Source: Chiloscyllium plagiosum (taxonomy: Eukaryota). Taken from it: a DNA stretch of 64,000 nucleotides. A program made the translations under genes and the position numbers. The notes below the pieces were generated by a model. It saw only the letters and a list, made by a program, of their open reading frames with translations. It was not told the origin of the DNA and searched no databases. Of the stretch, positions 60,811 through 64,000 are shown piece by piece; the stretch's first letter is position 1; every line of letters starts with the position of its first letter. The stretch spans positions 58,544,079 through 58,608,078 of the forward strand of contig NC_057719.1 of the NCBI RefSeq assembly GCF_004010195.1. The letters run 5' to 3'.

Positions 60811-62659
60811 TATATCTCTATTTAATATTTTTATCTCTCAGGATTTCCTCTGCTTCTAATCAGTGTGTCTGTGTTGTATTACTAATTCTCTTATTTCGTA
60901 ATTAATAAACTCACTCTTTGTTGTTTCAGAAAGTCTGGTTAAATTGGCTGCTCTTAAAACATAGCGTTTGTATCTGGGAGAGGAGTATCCACAAGGCAAA
61001 GGGAACCTTTTCTAAACTAAGTTGTTGCAGCCATCCAAAAGAATGGGTTCATGAACAAGGGAAGCCAGTTCACCCTTCCTCATTCTACAGCTTAACAGTA
61101 TGGAGTATCTTAAAATATAACAAGTAGGGAAACCTCACTGGAGATCTGTTTGTAACAATATGTCTACAAGATGAGGTTTGTCAGTTGCTGACTTGAAAAT
61201 TTAAATCAGTTGTTGAGCTTAGACTTGAACTGAATGTTCTGCTTTGTGCAAGTGAACCAGTGGTCTAGGTGACATTTAGCACAATGTGACTATAGTATGT
61301 CCTTTTGGTCATGCTGTGGGAACAAAATGTAGACTTTAGTACTGATATTCAGAGTGGAGATGTATCCATGTGACCTTGAAATGACTTTTGGTTAAAAAAA
61401 AAGTGCAAGTCCTGGACAACATGGTAGTGAACTACCTTCTTAAACCACCACAGATGATGGTGTGCCCAAGTATCTGCTGACTTTGCTGTTCTAACTGGTA
61501 GAGTTTGTAGGTTTTGAAGGTACTGACAAGAGAAGCTTTGCTGAGTTACTGCAATGCATTTTGCATATATTACATACTGTTGCCACTATTTAATCAGTGA
61601 TGAAGGAGTCAATGTTGAAGCTGAGGGTTGGAAAGACAATCAAGTGGACTCTTTGTTCTGGTTGGTTTCAAGCTTCTTGAGTGTTGTTAGGGTAGCATTC
61701 AACCAGAGAGGTGGACAATATTTCATCACACTCCTGATTTGTGTCTTGTAGATGGTAACCAGGCACTGGGGAGAAAGGAAGTGAGTTACTCACTGCATAA
61801 TCCTCTGCCTAATATTCTAACTAAGACAATAATTTACCTTGAATTGCATTGGCTTAATCCCTAACAAAGCCTCTTGTAAGGGCTTTATATAATGCCTTCT
61901 GGAATTCCATGGAAGCAATTCTATGGACATATATGGACATTTATTGTCTAATGCTTTAGTTAATTCTTCAGAAAACATCAGATGCATTATGCATGACCTA
62001 CCCTTTATAAATCACTGATAAGCTCAAAGGTTTCACATTGTTCAATTACCCTATCCATAATTACAGCTCAAGTAATTTTTCAAGTAATGATGTTTGACAA
62101 AGTGCTTTCTTCTCTTGGCATTTGTTCGCACACTAAGGTTTTAGGAAGATTGTACTAATCAGTTGTCCTCTTGTGGATAGTCATCCATAACTGGCAGATT
62201 CTCCCACAGCATGTGCAAGTGAAGGTACTGTCCATGCTGGAGACAATTGAATCCAACCTGCTCCTCCTTTTCACTTTCATGCTAGTTCTTTATGCAGTTT
62301 GAAAGGTGTCTGTAATGCCTCCAGATAGAAGGTACTTCCCATTGGGCCCAGACAGAAGTGGCGCACAGAAAGGGACTTCTTCAGGGACTCCTTGAAACAT
62401 TGGACTCCATTTACCAGTTGACAACTTTCACAATCTTGCAAGGGCTCAAAGATGTCTTCTACACAGATCTCCACCCAGAATGTTCCTTCCAAGTATAAAA
62501 TTGTCATCCTTGATGATTTCAACAACAGAGATAGCCATGGCAGCCTGGTGTGGAAGGATGTGCTCAGACACCATGGAGTTGGAAACTGCAGTGAAAACAG
62601 TTGTAAAATCCCGGAACTCTGCAGAAGAACAGATTCCCTTCTGGCCACACATAATCCTG

Positions 62660-64000
62660 ACTTGGAAGTATATTGTTGTTCCTTCATCATCTTGGGATTC
62701 CCTTCCCTAACAGCATTGTGGGTGTTCCTACATCGCAAGGGCTGCAGTGTTTTAAGAAGGCAGCTCACCACATGTTGTCCATGGCTATTAGGGATGAGAA
62801 ATAAATCCTAACTTCGGTGGTGATGGCCAACATTCCATGATAAACAAAAAAAAAGTGGCAGAATGGCAGCAAACAATGGGAATAACAGGCAGGTACTCTA
62901 ATTGGCAGGAGATAGTTCAGAATGTTAAAGAAGAATCTATGTTAAATCCCCTACTGTTGAATCAAATGATTTATTTGATTAAACTGAAAACCACATACCC
63001 ACTTTTGCTATTGAAGCAAAAATAGTTTGTATCAAAAGCAGTATTTGAAAACACAAAATTGCATCAGGATATTAATGGATTAAATGAATGGTCAAAACTG
63101 TGGCAAATCAATTTGTATAGCATTTACCATGGGAAAAGATATAGAAGCTAGGACATTTGGGAAAATAAATAGTGATGTCTTTTTTCGAAGTCACATTAGA
63201 GAGGAGGAGAATTGGAGGTCTTAAAATGCATGAAATTGGATAAATCCCTAATCAATTGTATCCCAGGACATTGTGGGAAGCTAGGGAACAAATTGCACGG
63301 CCCCTAGCAGAGATATCTGTATCATCGATGGCCACAAGTGAGGTGCCGGAAGACTGGTAGGTGGCTAATATTCTGCCATTATTTAAGACAGGCAGCAAGG
63401 AAAAGCTCGGAAACTACAGACTGGTGAGCCTATACAATAGCTCTCACTCGAGAAAAAAATACCACTGAAAATAATGGGACTAAAGGCAAGTACATCCCCC
63501 ATAGCACATAAGTTGCATTCAAGGATTTTAAAGGAAGTAGCTACAGAGATATATTGTGCACTTGTAGTAATTTTCCATGAATTTGTAGATTTTACAAAAT
63601 TTTCAGAGAAGTGGCAAACCACCAATGTAACACCCTTATTCAAAAAGAGAAAAAGACATAAAAAAAGCGAAATAGAAATCAGTTATCTGAATATCTGCCC
63701 TTAGGAAAGCATAAGAATCTATTATAAAGGAAATAATAACAGAATATTTAGAAATACACAATCTAATCATTGGAGATTAGAAGAATGAGAAGTGACCTTA
63801 TCTAAGCATAGAAACTTCTCACTGATTGAGGGAGTGGTAGAGTGGGGAGGAGTGCTTGACAAGGTAGAGGCAAGAGATTGTTTCCCTTCTAGGAGACTCT
63901 GTGACGAGAGGGCATAGTCTCAAAATCACACATTTAAAACAGAGACAGAAAGGAATTTGTTGTCTCAAAGAGTGTGAATCTGTGGAATTATTTAGCACAG
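62660..64000 (+). mobile_element. Mosaic of CR1 fragments
   Basis: LYPRTLWEAREQIA..., ANILPLFK, RILKEVATEI...NVTPLFKK, and the 3' RGHSLKI motif. Confidence 0.7.

Noticed and set aside
1..64000. CRISPR arrays, operons or other prokaryotic systems
   Set aside because: There is no regularly spaced repeat-spacer array and no dense ORF organisation. The DNA is spliced-gene vertebrate intron, and the short ORFs are repeat-derived or random.

Overview
Eukaryotic, repeat-rich vertebrate DNA, almost certainly from a shark (elasmobranch-type HE1-like V-SINEs, CR1, Penelope and Gypsy repeats). The window lies inside the MIPOL1 gene on the + strand. Three coding exons are visible (2327-2456, 16359-16392, 16649-16819); the rest is intronic, and I found no further MIPOL1 exon after 16819. 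The introns contain a nested set of retroelements. (1) A decayed Mag-type Gypsy element carries, inside its integrase, a 2.5 kb endogenous retrovirus with a tRNA-His primer site and an env gene only. Its TM subunit has a cysteine-bounded internal fusion loop resembling filovirus GP2/ASLV. (2) A second, unrelated and heavily decayed envelope gene on the minus strand (about 30.3-35.6 kb) resembles the F-like env of lokiretroviruses and is split by a LINE. (3) There are about a dozen Penelope-derived fragments, most carrying minimal hammerhead ribozyme motifs, several with long TSDs and inverted arms. (4) CR1, L2, RTE and Tx1 LINE fragments, SINEs, solo LTRs and a Harbinger remnant fill much of the remainder. 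Several junctions show perfect palindromes or copies of nearby DNA. Repeat-free AT-rich islands are candidate conserved enhancers of the MIPOL1/FOXA1 locus. Family assignments come from recognising motifs by eye, not from database searches.
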